A DNA stretch of 64,000 nucleotides from an uncultured Bacilli bacterium (GCA_934141145.1 CAKPCA010000003.1:7748-71747); one strand, 5' to 3'. Positions 20,125 to 30,877 are shown, counted from the first letter of the stretch. The notes: generated from the letters alone by a model not told the origin. Translations and numbers: made by a program.

Positions 20125-21912
20125 ATGAATAAATATGAAACAAGAAATGATGTACCTTTAAAATACAAATGGGATTTAACAGATTTTTTTAAAGATGTAG
20201 AAGATTTTAATAAGACCTTTAATGAAGTGAAAGAAAAAATTAAATTTTTAGATAATTATGTTGGATGTACTAAAAATTCAGATAAATTACTTGAGTTTTT
20301 AGAATTTGATATGAGTTTAGCCTCAAAAATTATAAATTTAGATATTTATTCAATGATAATGAATGATCAAGATTTAAATGATCCATTAGGCGTTGAACTT
20401 GTTGGTAGAATTAATACATTAAGATCAGAATATTATACGAAGTCAAGTTTTTTTAATCCAGAGTTACTAAGTTTAAGTGAAAATGAATATAATGATTTAT
20501 TTAAAAATGAAAAATTACTAAAATATAAAAGTATGTTAGATGATACATATAGATACAAGAACCATGTTTTAAATAAAAGAGAAGAAGAATTATGCTCAAG
20601 ATTAACAAGTACCTCAAATAGCTATAGTCAAATGTCATCAACTTTATTAAATAGTTGCAATGATTATGGTAGTGTAACTATGATAGATGGAAGTGTAGAA
20701 AAATTAATGACTACAAACTATAGAAGAATAGTAAAGAAACTTCCAAGAAATAAGAGAAAAGAAGTTTATGAACAATTTAATGAGGTAAAGGATAGGTATG
20801 CAAATATTAGTGCAGGATTATTAGATGATTATGTAAAAACTAATGTGGCTCTTTCAAAAATTCATAAATATGATTCAACATGGGATGAAAATTTATTTGA
20901 TTTAGAATTATCTAATAAAGTGTTTGAATCGTTAATAGATTCAGCACTTGAAACTAAAGATATACTAAAAAAGTATTATGATTTGAGAAGCAAAGTTTTA
21001 AAAATAGACAAATGTGCTCCTTGGGATGCGCCAATTGAACTATATGAAACAAATAAAGAATATACTATAGAAGAAGCATGTGATTTAGTTTTAAAAGCAT
21101 TAAAACCACTTGGAGAAGATTACGTAAATCATTTTAAACATGTAATAGAAGATAGATGTGTTGATTTTTGTCAATATAAAGGAAAATGTAATGGTGGATA
21201 TAATGTTTCATCTCCTAATATAAAAAATTCTAAAATATTAATGAGTTTTAATTATGATTTACAATCAGTATCAATATTTGCACATGAGTCAGGGCATCAC
21301 GTTCATCATCAATACTTATATGAGAATAATATTGAAGAGTATAGAGATGTCCCTAATATAATATCAGAAGTTGCATCGTTGACTAATGAATTTTTACTAT
21401 CAAATTATTTAATTAGTAATGGAAGCAATGAAGAGGCTTTATCTGGATTATCTAACATTTTAGGTACATTTGAAAATAATTTTTATGGTGGTATCCAGGA
21501 AGGTAATTTAGAGCAAGAATTCTATAGATATGTTGAAGATGGTGGAACACTTACAAAAGATTATTTATATGATTTATGTGAAAAAAGCTTACTTAAATTT
21601 TATCCAAATGAAATACAAAGTAATTATGAAAAAGGTGCATGGATTACAAGAAGTCATTATTATACGTTTTATTATTTATTTAGTTATTCAATATGTGTAT
21701 CAGTTGCGTCATATGTTTCTAAAGAAATATTATCTGGTAATAAAGAAATGCTTAATAAATATATTAATTTCTTAAAAACCGGTAATGAATATAGTGTTAA
21801 AGATATATATAATGTATTAGGTATTGATTTAGAAGATAAAAAAGTTTATTTAAATGCAATTGATAATTTTAGTTCATTAATTGATAAGTTTGATGAACTT
21901 TATAGTAAATAA
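20125..21912 (+). CDS. M3B-family oligoendopeptidase (PepF-like)
   Basis: HESGHHVHH zinc motif; about 595 aa; sits between dnaK and dnaJ. Confidence 0.7.
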   Translation: MNKYETRNDVPLKYKWDLTDFFKDVEDFNKTFNEVKEKIKFLDNYVGCTKNSDKLLEFLEFDMSLASKIINLDIYSMIMNDQDLNDPLGVELVGRINTLRSEYYTKSSFFNPELLSLSENEYNDLFKNEKLLKYKSMLDDTYRYKNHVLNKREEELCSRLTSTSNSYSQMSSTLLNSCNDYGSVTMIDGSVEKLMTTNYRRIVKKLPRNKRKEVYEQFNEVKDRYANISAGLLDDYVKTNVALSKIHKYDSTWDENLFDLELSNKVFESLIDSALETKDILKKYYDLRSKVLKIDKCAPWDAPIELYETNKEYTIEEACDLVLKALKPLGEDYVNHFKHVIEDRCVDFCQYKGKCNGGYNVSSPNIKNSKILMSFNYDLQSVSIFAHESGHHVHHQYLYENNIEEYRDVPNIISEVASLTNEFLLSNYLISNGSNEEALSGLSNILGTFENNFYGGIQEGNLEQEFYRYVEDGGTLTKDYLYDLCEKSLLKFYPNEIQSNYEKGAWITRSHYYTFYYLFSYSICVSVASYVSKEILSGNKEMLNKYINFLKTGNEYSVKDIYNVLGIDLEDKKVYLNAIDNFSSLIDKFDELYSK

Positions 21913-21929
21913 AAAAGAGGTGAAGTAAA

Positions 21930-23078
21930 TTGGCAAAAAGAGATTATTATGAAGTATTAGGAGTATCTAAAACTGCAACTGATAAAGAAATAAAAAGTGC
22001 TTTTAGACGTTTAGCAAAAGAATACCATCCTGACTTAAATAAAGCACCAGATGCTGCTGAAAAATTTAAAGAAGTACAAGAAGCATATGAAGTATTATCT
22101 GATGAAAATAAACGAAAGATGTATGATCAATATGGTCATTCTGCATTTGATCAAAATGGTAATACTGGATATGGTGGAGGATTTAATGGTGGATTCTCAT
22201 CTTCATCATTTGGTTTTGATGATATAGATTTATCTGATATATTATCTGGTGTATTTGGTCAAGGATTTGGTTTTTCTGGTAGTTCCAGAAGTAAAGGCAA
22301 AACATCACCAAGAAAAGGTAATGATTCATTATATAAAATGAACATATCATTTATGGAAGCAGTTTATGGATGTAAAAAAGATTTAACCCTTGATGTATAT
22401 GAAACTTGTGAACATTGTAAAGGTAAAGGTGGTTTTGGAGAAAAAACATGTAGTACTTGTCATGGATCTGGAACTGTAACAGAAACACAAAATACATTAT
22501 TTGGATCATTTATGTCTAAGACTACTTGTCATGAATGTTCTGGTACTGGTAAAACATTTGATAGTGTTTGCTCAGAATGTAAAGGTAATGGTAGAGTAAA
22601 AAAGAGAAAAACTATTACTATTACAGTACCTGCTGGTATTGATACAGGAAACCAAATAAGAATAAAAGAAAAAGGTGAAGCTGGAATAAATGGTGGACCA
22701 AACGGAGATGTATATGTAGAATTCAATGTAGAAGAACATCAAATATTTAAAAGAGAAGGCAATGATGTTTATATGGAACTTCCTATAAATATTGTAGAAG
22801 CAACACTTGGATGTAAGAAAGAAGTGCCTTTAATGAATGAAACTATTATACTTAATATTCCAGAAGGAACTCAAAATGGTAATAAACACAAAATAAAAGG
22901 AAAAGGTGTACCATATATTAATTCAAATAAAGTAGGAGACTTATATGTAGTAATAAAGGTAGTTATTCCTACTAAATTAGATAGAAAACAAAAAGAACTA
23001 TTTACAGAGTTATCTAAAACAAATTTAGATGATACTAATGATTTTATAAATAAATTTAAAAGATTTTTTAGAAGATAA
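21930..23078 (+). CDS. dnaJ: chaperone DnaJ
   Basis: J-domain HPD (YHPDLNK), G/F region, four CxxCxGxG repeats; TTG start. Confidence 0.9.
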   Translation: MAKRDYYEVLGVSKTATDKEIKSAFRRLAKEYHPDLNKAPDAAEKFKEVQEAYEVLSDENKRKMYDQYGHSAFDQNGNTGYGGGFNGGFSSSSFGFDDIDLSDILSGVFGQGFGFSGSSRSKGKTSPRKGNDSLYKMNISFMEAVYGCKKDLTLDVYETCEHCKGKGGFGEKTCSTCHGSGTVTETQNTLFGSFMSKTTCHECSGTGKTFDSVCSECKGNGRVKKRKTITITVPAGIDTGNQIRIKEKGEAGINGGPNGDVYVEFNVEEHQIFKREGNDVYMELPINIVEATLGCKKEVPLMNETIILNIPEGTQNGNKHKIKGKGVPYINSNKVGDLYVVIKVVIPTKLDRKQKELFTELSKTNLDDTNDFINKFKRFFRR

Positions 23079-23165
23079 ATTTTAATATTTATCTTTTTTT
23101 CTAATTGTGGTATAATCATAACTGCGCTCTTAAAAAAGTACATATAATTAAAAGAAGGTGAAAAT

Positions 23166-24089
23166 ATGGTTAAAACTATAGACGAAAAGGCAAGAAAGAA
23201 AAAAATTAGAAATTTAATAAAAGTAAAAAGTTCTGAAGAAATTTATATGTTTTTAAATAACAACAAGGATTTAGAAGAAAGTGATATTACAAGATTAATT
23301 AATGTATTATGCATGCAAAAAGATATGTATTATATATGTAAAACATGTAAAATAATTACAATTAATGGGAATAATTTATCTAACTTAATAGATATAGTAA
23401 TAGAAGCAAAAAATGTTCCTTATATAAAAGAATTATTAACAACCATGCAAAATAGAAATTATTCAATAAATAAAATCTGCTTTTTAAAAGATCCGCACTT
23501 AATATATGAAATACTATCATATTCCTCAAGTTTTATAGGCAAGGAAAATGTTAATAAATTGATTAATAAATTATGTGAAATGAAAGAATATAGATATATA
23601 GTAAAAACTGGTTCAATAGAAAAATTATCTTCTCAAAATGTTACTAAATTAGCAGATACTTTAATAGCATCAGGTAAAATATTAGAATTAGTAGGATTTA
23701 CAAGTGTATGTAACTTATTGTCGGAAGATAAATTTAATGAAATTATAAATATAGTAATGAAATCAAATCATATACCATCTATGTATACTTTAGCAAAGAT
23801 ATATTATGATAGGTATAATAAAATAAATAGAAAGTTAGTAACACAAATTTTAAATTCAAAAGAAATGAAATATATTTGTTTAGTCGCTCTTTATATAGAT
23901 AATAAACTAATATACAAATTATTTAATAATGTTAATAGTATGTATCAATATATGTGTGGTAGTGGTTATTATGGAACATTAGAACTAAAAGATATAACTT
24001 ATATAATATATGGTGAAAGTTATATAAATGGTAGTATAGAATCAGAAAAACAAAGATTATTACATGTGGTTGACAAAATCTCATATTAA
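23166..24089 (+). CDS. hypothetical helical-repeat protein, family member A
   Basis: C-terminus paralogous to the 27880 protein (LSSQNVTKLADTL.., EMKYICLVALYIDNKLIYKLF..). Confidence 0.5.
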   Translation: MVKTIDEKARKKKIRNLIKVKSSEEIYMFLNNNKDLEESDITRLINVLCMQKDMYYICKTCKIITINGNNLSNLIDIVIEAKNVPYIKELLTTMQNRNYSINKICFLKDPHLIYEILSYSSSFIGKENVNKLINKLCEMKEYRYIVKTGSIEKLSSQNVTKLADTLIASGKILELVGFTSVCNLLSEDKFNEIINIVMKSNHIPSMYTLAKIYYDRYNKINRKLVTQILNSKEMKYICLVALYIDNKLIYKLFNNVNSMYQYMCGSGYYGTLELKDITYIIYGESYINGSIESEKQRLLHVVDKISY

Positions 24090-24155
24090 TAACCTTTTTT
24101 TTATTTGACAAAACTTCTTGTTTCTGTTAATCTTGATAATAGGAGATGTTAGAAT

Positions 24156-25298
24156 ATGGAAATAAAAACAAAAGAAAAATTAGAAATAGGAGATGTACTT
24201 GCAAAACCAATATATAATGCTATGGGTGTTGCTCTTCTTCCTGCTGGTGCAGTTTTAACAGAAAAAACAATTTCTAGACTTCAATCAGAATATAGTGGCT
24301 ATACAATGCAATATTTTTATGTAGAGACACCTGGTACTGAAAATATAATTATAGAGGACAAAATAAGTGATCAAGTAAGAATAGAAACATCAAAAGCAGT
24401 AAGAAATAAAGAAATAAGGGAAATAATTAAATATTCTAAGATAATTACACACCAAATAATTAATTATAATATTCATGATGCGGATTATTATGATACAAGA
24501 AGTATGTTTGATTATGTTAGCAAGCATGCAGTAAATGTTGCTGTTGTATCTTGCATTATTGCAAAAGATATGGGATATAGTGATAAAGAGTTAGAAGAAG
24601 TTACACTAGCAGGATTACTTCATGATTTTGCTAAAAGTAATGAAGCAGATTCATCAATAGAAAAATTATATACTGAAAGATTAAAATGCAAAAAAGAAGA
24701 AATACTTCCTTATTTAACAGTGGATTTATTACGAGATACAGATTTTGTAAAAACTGGAGAAATACCGATGAGTGTACTATGTAGTATTTTATGTCATCAT
24801 GAACATCAAAATGGATGTGGTTATTATAAAATGTCAGGTAATACTATTAGAAATTATAAGTATGCATCTATATTACATGTTGCGGATATTTATGATACAC
24901 TTTCAAATAATGATATTAATGCTATAAATAGTGACTTACCAGAAAATACTTTGTTTTTATTTCAGAAAAGTGGAGGCATAACACCAAAAAATATATTAAC
25001 ATATTTTATGAGAGATTATGGCTCTTCTTCAGAGGCACAAAGATTATTTGATCAAGATGTAGTAAAACATTTTCTAAATTGTGTATCTGTATATTCTAAA
25101 GGACGAAGAGTAGTATTATCAAATGGTGATATAGCTGTTGTTAATAGAAATTTCTTAGGTCATGTAGATAGACCAGAAGTAGTGGTAATAGAGGGAACGT
25201 TGAAAGGTAGAGTAATAAATTTAACTGAAGACAAAAATTATTTAAATTTATCAGTAATAGATTATGAACATGAAGATGACAATAAATTAAAAATGTAG
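24156..25298 (+). CDS. HD-GYP-domain protein with a DUF3391-like N-terminus (possible c-di-GMP phosphodiesterase)
   Basis: H..HD (LLHDFAKS) and HHEHQNGCGYY, cf. HHExxDGxGYP. Confidence 0.65.
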   Translation: MEIKTKEKLEIGDVLAKPIYNAMGVALLPAGAVLTEKTISRLQSEYSGYTMQYFYVETPGTENIIIEDKISDQVRIETSKAVRNKEIREIIKYSKIITHQIINYNIHDADYYDTRSMFDYVSKHAVNVAVVSCIIAKDMGYSDKELEEVTLAGLLHDFAKSNEADSSIEKLYTERLKCKKEEILPYLTVDLLRDTDFVKTGEIPMSVLCSILCHHEHQNGCGYYKMSGNTIRNYKYASILHVADIYDTLSNNDINAINSDLPENTLFLFQKSGGITPKNILTYFMRDYGSSSEAQRLFDQDVVKHFLNCVSVYSKGRRVVLSNGDIAVVNRNFLGHVDRPEVVVIEGTLKGRVINLTEDKNYLNLSVIDYEHEDDNKLKM

Positions 25299-25318
25299 AA
25301 ATTAATTAATTTCTACAT
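25293..25318. terminator. bidirectional terminator (perfect palindrome) shared by convergent genes
   Basis: tgtagaaatt-aa-aatttctaca spans both stop codons. Confidence 0.65.
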
Positions 25319-26255
25319 TTTCTTTTTCCAAATAATCTTTAAATATTCTTTTAAATTCAACAAGTTCCTTTTTTACTACATCATCATATACACTATTACA
25401 ATTAACAATAGCTTCATATATATGCTTAAATGTTACATATTCAGAATTTTCAAATCTAGCATATGTGAAACATTTAGAAAGGAGTGCAAGTGCAACATCT
25501 GGATACCTAGAACCATTTTCATAGACTCTTTTATATTCACTAGTCATATTAACTAAAAATTTACATACTTGTTCAAGTAAATAATTAGTATAAGGCCAAG
25601 TAACACCAGTTGCTTTTTCTATCTTTTTTAAAGTTCCCATTAGTATTTTAACAGTAGTTTCTTGATCAGGTTCTTCTACTTCTATTTTTTCAAAACGTCT
25701 TAAAAATGCTTTATCTTTTAGAAGAAACTGCTCAAATTCTGCAGTAGTAGTTGCACCAATTACTTTTATGTCACCTCTATCAAGTCCAGGTTTTAACATA
25801 TTTAGAAAGTCAACTTCACCATTTCTAGAAGCAGTTACTAAAGTATGTATTTCATCTATAAATAGTATTATATCTTTTTTCCCCATTATTTCATTAATTA
25901 ATAATTGTAATTTTGATACTTCATTTCCATCATCGTTATAATTTCCAAGTAATGATGATGTGTTTATTTTATATATTTTAGAATTTAATAGAGCATTTGG
26001 AACTTCTTTTCTTTGAATTCTATAACTAAGACCTTCAACAATAGATGTTTTACCAATACCTGCTTTACCTGTTAAAACAACAGATTTTTCAGGACTAAGT
26101 AATATTAAAATCATCTTTTTTATTTCTTCATCTCTTGCAATTGCAGGATTAGTAACATACGTTTTACTAGTTAATTCTTCCGCATATGTTTTAAGTACAC
26201 TAAATTTATTAGTTTCATTATTATTTGGATTATATCTAATCATATCTTCATCCAT
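25302..26255 (-). CDS. ClpA/ClpB D1-domain-only AAA+ ATPase (no N-domain, M-domain or D2)
   Basis: RDEEIKKMILIL, Walker A GKAGIGKTSIVEGL, Walker B ILFIDEIH, GATTTAEFEQFLLKDKAFLRRFEKIEVEEP. Confidence 0.65.
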   Translation of the reverse strand: MDEDMIRYNPNNNETNKFSVLKTYAEELTSKTYVTNPAIARDEEIKKMILILLSPEKSVVLTGKAGIGKTSIVEGLSYRIQRKEVPNALLNSKIYKINTSSLLGNYNDDGNEVSKLQLLINEIMGKKDIILFIDEIHTLVTASRNGEVDFLNMLKPGLDRGDIKVIGATTTAEFEQFLLKDKAFLRRFEKIEVEEPDQETTVKILMGTLKKIEKATGVTWPYTNYLLEQVCKFLVNMTSEYKRVYENGSRYPDVALALLSKCFTYARFENSEYVTFKHIYEAIVNCNSVYDDVVKKELVEFKRIFKDYLEKENVEIN

Positions 26256-26395
26256 TTTTTATCACACCTTTACAATAATTAGTATATCAAAAAAATATAT
26301 ATTTTACTAGTAAACTAATTATAAAAAATATAAAATGTTCGTAAAATAGATTGTTTTATTATTGATATTATTTTATAATGAATAAGGTGAGTAAA

Positions 26396-27103
26396 ATGCA
26401 AAGATATTTCGCAGTTAATAAAGATTTAAAACTTAGTAGTCAAGATATTTTTCATATTTATAAGGTAATGAGAATGAAAATAAATGATATTATTGAAATT
26501 GCATATGATAAAAAAGTATACCTTTGTAAACTTACTAACATATCAAAAGATGAAGTAAACTACGAAATATTAGAAGAAAAAATAGAAAATAATGAACTTG
26601 AAACAAAAATAACAATCGCATTTTCTTTAGTTAATGAGACAAAAATAGATTTTATTTTACAAAAGTGTACAGAACTTGGTGCATATGATTTTATTCCATT
26701 AAATTTAGAGAGATGCAAAGTAAAAATAGATAAAAAAGAAGATAAAAAAATAAGTAGATGGAACTTAATTACAAAAGAAGCATCAGAGCAATCATATAGA
26801 AATATATGTCCTAAAGTCCATAATATAATGAGTATTAAAGAATTAGTAAAATTAGATTATGATTTAAAAATTTTTTGTTCAACAAAAGAAAAAGAAAAAA
26901 CTATCAAAAATGTATTACAAAATAATTTAAATTGTGATAGAATTATTATAGTCGTAGGACCGGAAGGCGGAATAAGCAAGAAGGAAGAAGACTTTTTAAT
27001 TTCTAATAATTTTAATGGGATAACTTTTGGTAACACTATACTTAGAACTGAAACTGCGCCCATATTTGCAGTAAGTGCTATAAAATACGAATTAATGAGG
27101 TGA
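26396..27103 (+). CDS. rsmE: 16S rRNA m3U1498 methyltransferase RsmE
   Basis: MQRYF start; GPEGGISKKE motif. Confidence 0.85.
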   Translation: MQRYFAVNKDLKLSSQDIFHIYKVMRMKINDIIEIAYDKKVYLCKLTNISKDEVNYEILEEKIENNELETKITIAFSLVNETKIDFILQKCTELGAYDFIPLNLERCKVKIDKKEDKKISRWNLITKEASEQSYRNICPKVHNIMSIKELVKLDYDLKIFCSTKEKEKTIKNVLQNNLNCDRIIIVVGPEGGISKKEEDFLISNNFNGITFGNTILRTETAPIFAVSAIKYELMR

Positions 27104-27108
27104 AGTAT

Positions 27109-27810
27109 ATGGAAATGTTAAATAGGATTTTATATAAATATTCAAATATGGATGGCAGTAGTCAAATACTGATATTTTTAATAGTTTTGGTTTTCTTAAT
27201 GCTTATTAGCATAGTTGTTATAAATATAATTACTAGAAAGAAAAAAGGTAATAACGATATAATTAGTAATAAAAAAATTGTTAAATTAAGCTCAGAACTT
27301 GATTTACCTTTTAAAGATACAGAAGAAGTAATAGAAAAAATAGAGACAAAAGAAGAACCAATTGAAGAAATAAAAGATGAAGAAGTAGTAGAAGTAAGAG
27401 TTGGTAATACATCTCTTGATGAAATAACTGATTTAATTGAGAATACATTAGAACAAAAACCAATAGATTTAACTAAATTTGAAGAAGATCAAGAAGAAAA
27501 TGCAATAATTAGTTATGATGAACTTGTAAAAAGAGCAGGTGCTAAAAAAATAATATATAAATGCGAAGATGTTAAACCTAAAGAAGAAATTGTAAAACAA
27601 GAAGAACCAAAAGAAAAAACAAAATTTAAAGCATCAAGAGTAATATCCCCTATATATGGAGTTCAAAAAGAAGAAGCAGAAGAGAAAGATGAAGTAATGG
27701 AATCTTTCATAGAACTTGAAAAAGCTAAAGAAGAAAATAAGGAAGATATAGAGACATTATCTGATATGGAATTTTTAGGTTCTTTAAAAAAATTTAGAAG
27801 TGAGCTATAG
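27109..27810 (+). CDS. hypothetical membrane-anchored acidic protein
   Basis: one N-terminal TM; E/K-rich. Confidence 0.45.
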   Translation: MEMLNRILYKYSNMDGSSQILIFLIVLVFLMLISIVVINIITRKKKGNNDIISNKKIVKLSSELDLPFKDTEEVIEKIETKEEPIEEIKDEEVVEVRVGNTSLDEITDLIENTLEQKPIDLTKFEEDQEENAIISYDELVKRAGAKKIIYKCEDVKPKEEIVKQEEPKEKTKFKASRVISPIYGVQKEEAEEKDEVMESFIELEKAKEENKEDIETLSDMEFLGSLKKFRSEL

Positions 27811-27879
27811 TCAATGATAATTCATTGACTTTTATTATTAATTATTATAAAATATATAAGCAAAAAGGAAGCGATATAT

Positions 27880-29169
27880 ATGTTAGAAAAAATCAAATTT
27901 AAATATTTTCCAACAGTAACACTTTGTTATGATTATTTAATTAATAATCCAAATATAGATGAAAAAGATAGAAATGATGCGATTGAGTTTGTATGTAATA
28001 ATGCAAATGCTAGTGAATTATTTCATTTTTTAAACAATGCTGCTAAATTAAATTTAAGTAAATATAATATTAGTGACTTAGTTCATGCACTTGCAGAAAC
28101 TGATGATATTGGATATATGTTAGAAGTCGCAAATACAAGTATTATTACAAAAAATGATAGATTTGTAATAACAAATGCAGTATATGTAAAAGCAAGCCTT
28201 GATGATGTAGAATATTATATATATAATGCTAAACAATTAGATAATGCGGATTATTCATTATTATCAGAAAGAATAGTAAAAAGTAAAGATCCTGAAAAGA
28301 TTTATAAATTCACAAGTGAATTTTTATTAAAAATTAAACAATATGAATTAAGTAAATTAACCTTTGCTATATGTTCAACTAGAAGTATTAAATATATAAT
28401 TGAATTTAGTAAATTAGATATAGATGATAATATAAGTACTATAGTTGATACACTATGTGCTATATCTGTACTTTCTGATCTTGTAAGATTTACTAAAGAA
28501 GTACAATTAAATGATGAATTATATATTCATAAAATAACACATGAATTTACAAGAGAAAATAGAATAAATTCAAAAGATATAAGATCATATATAAATGCAT
28601 GTGCTAATTTAACAGAAATAGATTTTAATGAATTAACAAATGCTATGCTAAAAACAACAAATATAAGTGCTATTATTTCATATGCAAAAGAAATATATGA
28701 ATTATCTAATATTGATCAGACTAGTAATCTAGATAAAATAACTGATTACATATGTGAGAATGGTAGTTCTAAAGATATTTATACATATGCAAGTGAAGTA
28801 AAATTATCTTCCCAAAACGTAAATAAACTTGCTAAAGAATTACTTAAAAAAGAAGATATTAAATATATTTATTTATTTTTAGAAAATATAAGTAATATAG
28901 ATAAAGCAACTAAAAAAGAATTAATAGATAAAATAATTGTATCAAGACAAATGAAATATATATGTTTAATAATTGCTTTTGTGGACATAACTTTATTACA
29001 TAAAATATTTACTAGTATGAGTGATTATTTATTATGTGTAAATTCATTAGGATATACAAAAGAAGAATTATCTAGTATATACCATAAATTATTTGATTTA
29101 ATTCCTAATGAAAAGATAGTTCAAAGGGCAAAAGAAAAAGTAGAAAAATTAGCTCTTACAATTGAGTAA
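27880..29169 (+). CDS. hypothetical helical-repeat protein, family member B
   Basis: paralogous to the 23166 protein; about 40-aa amphipathic repeats. Confidence 0.5.
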   Translation: MLEKIKFKYFPTVTLCYDYLINNPNIDEKDRNDAIEFVCNNANASELFHFLNNAAKLNLSKYNISDLVHALAETDDIGYMLEVANTSIITKNDRFVITNAVYVKASLDDVEYYIYNAKQLDNADYSLLSERIVKSKDPEKIYKFTSEFLLKIKQYELSKLTFAICSTRSIKYIIEFSKLDIDDNISTIVDTLCAISVLSDLVRFTKEVQLNDELYIHKITHEFTRENRINSKDIRSYINACANLTEIDFNELTNAMLKTTNISAIISYAKEIYELSNIDQTSNLDKITDYICENGSSKDIYTYASEVKLSSQNVNKLAKELLKKEDIKYIYLFLENISNIDKATKKELIDKIIVSRQMKYICLIIAFVDITLLHKIFTSMSDYLLCVNSLGYTKEELSSIYHKLFDLIPNEKIVQRAKEKVEKLALTIE

Positions 29170-29227
29170 TTGCTGTTTATATTTTTTCTTTTTTTTAGTA
29201 TAATATTTTTTAGAAAGAAGTGATATT

Positions 29228-30388
29228 TTGAAAGTAGCGTTTTATACATTAGGTTGTAAAGTTAATGCATATGAGACAGAAGTTGCAATTAATAGATTTA
29301 AAGAAAAGGGTTATGAAATAGTACCTTTTGATTCTTTTTCTGACATATATATAATAAATACTTGTTCTGTTACTAATTCTAGTGACCAAAAAAGTAGAAA
29401 AATTATTAGAAGTGCTAATAGACATAATAAAAATGCAGTAGTCGCAGTTATGGGATGTTATAGTCAAGTAAAACCTGAAGAAGTAGAAAAAATAGATGGA
29501 GTTTCTATTGTGATAGGAAATAAAGATAAAGCAAAAATTGTTGATTTGGTAGAAGAATATATAAAAAATAATAAAAAAATAACTAGAATTTATAATTTAA
29601 TGCATGTTAAGTTTGAAGATATGATATTGGATAAATTTGAAAATCATACAAGAGCATTTGTAAAGATTCAAGATGGATGTAATAATTTTTGTACTTATTG
29701 CATAATTCCATATACAAGAGGAAATGTAAGAAGTAAAGATAAAAGTATTGTGCTAAAAGAAGTAACTGAGCTAGTTAAAAATGGATATAAAGAAATAGTT
29801 TTAACTGGAATACATACAGGTCACTATGGGCAAGATTTAGAAGAATATGATTTTAGTGATTTACTTTCTGAGCTTGAAAAAATAGATGGCTTAGAGCGAA
29901 TTAGAATATCATCTATAGAAATAACGGAACTAAATGAAAAGTTTATGAATGTACTTAAAAATAGTAAAAAAATAGTTGATCACATTCATATACCTTTACA
30001 ATCTGGTTGTAATAAGATTTTAAAAGCAATGAATAGAAAATATGATATGAATTATTATTTTAATAAAATAGAAGAAATAAGGAATATTAGAAAAGATATT
30101 GCAATTACAACAGATGTAATAGTAGGATTCCCCGGTGAAACAGAAGAAGACTTTAACATAACTAAAGAAAATATTAAAAAATTAAAATTTACTGAATTAC
30201 ATGTATTTCCATATTCAAAAAGAGAAGGCACACCTGCCGCTAACATGAAAAACCAAATAGATGGAAATATAAAAAAACAAAGAGTAAAAGAATTAATTGA
30301 AATAAGTGAAGAATTAAAAAATGAGTATTATATAAAATTTATAGGAAAAGAAATGATTGTACTTACTGAAAACTATGAAAATGGATAA
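29228..30388 (+). CDS. mtaB: tRNA t6A37 methylthiotransferase MtaB (YqeV), frameshifted near the 3' end
   Basis: MKVAFYTLGCKVNAYE MTTase N-domain; radical SAM CxxxCxxC (CTYCIIP). TRAM-domain C-terminus continues in a different frame at 30390-30516. Confidence 0.85.
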   Translation: MKVAFYTLGCKVNAYETEVAINRFKEKGYEIVPFDSFSDIYIINTCSVTNSSDQKSRKIIRSANRHNKNAVVAVMGCYSQVKPEEVEKIDGVSIVIGNKDKAKIVDLVEEYIKNNKKITRIYNLMHVKFEDMILDKFENHTRAFVKIQDGCNNFCTYCIIPYTRGNVRSKDKSIVLKEVTELVKNGYKEIVLTGIHTGHYGQDLEEYDFSDLLSELEKIDGLERIRISSIEITELNEKFMNVLKNSKKIVDHIHIPLQSGCNKILKAMNRKYDMNYYFNKIEEIRNIRKDIAITTDVIVGFPGETEEDFNITKENIKKLKFTELHVFPYSKREGTPAANMKNQIDGNIKKQRVKELIEISEELKNEYYIKFIGKEMIVLTENYENG

Positions 30389-30389
30389 T

Positions 30390-30516
30390 TATGGTAAAGT
30401 AAGATTTAAATCTTCTATAGATGCTAAAAATAAACTTATAAAAGTAAAATTATTAAATTATGAAAATGATATATTTGATGCAATAAGTGTAGAAAATAAA
30501 GTCACTAATAAATAGA
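30390..30516 (+). pseudogene. mtaB: out-of-frame MtaB C-terminal (TRAM) segment
   Basis: YGKVRFKSSIDAKNKLIKV... typical of an MtaB C-terminus, displaced one frame after ENYENG*. Confidence 0.6.
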
Positions 30517-30525
30517 AGGAATAAT

Positions 30526-30870
30526 ATGGTAGTAGTATATAAAAAGTATAATTTAAAACAATTAATAAAATTAAAAATATTAAGCAAAGAAATAGAATTA
30601 ATATGTAAAATAACTAGTGAATTGGATTATTTATCATATTATAAAAATAAAATAATTAGAATATATATTAATTCTAATTATGATGAAGGAATATATAAAA
30701 TAATTACAAGGTATAAATTATCAAATGTATGTGATATGGAATATATAATGAAATTTATAAATTATTATGTAAGGTCAAAATATAGTAAGGAAGTATTATC
30801 AATAATATTAAATAATAATATTACTGCAGGAAATAAAATAATAAAATTAGATAAAAAATATAATAATTAA
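30526..30870 (+). CDS. hypothetical protein (possible short member of the helical-repeat family)
   Basis: similar composition and repeat pattern. Confidence 0.35.
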   Translation: MVVVYKKYNLKQLIKLKILSKEIELICKITSELDYLSYYKNKIIRIYINSNYDEGIYKIITRYKLSNVCDMEYIMKFINYYVRSKYSKEVLSIILNNNITAGNKIIKLDKKYNN

Positions 30871-30877
30871 TTTTATA

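Noticed and set aside
21530-21775. + strand 81-aa ORF inside the pepF-like gene
   Set aside because: Alternate frame of a gene with a clear HExxH peptidase signature; the translation is hydrophobic junk.
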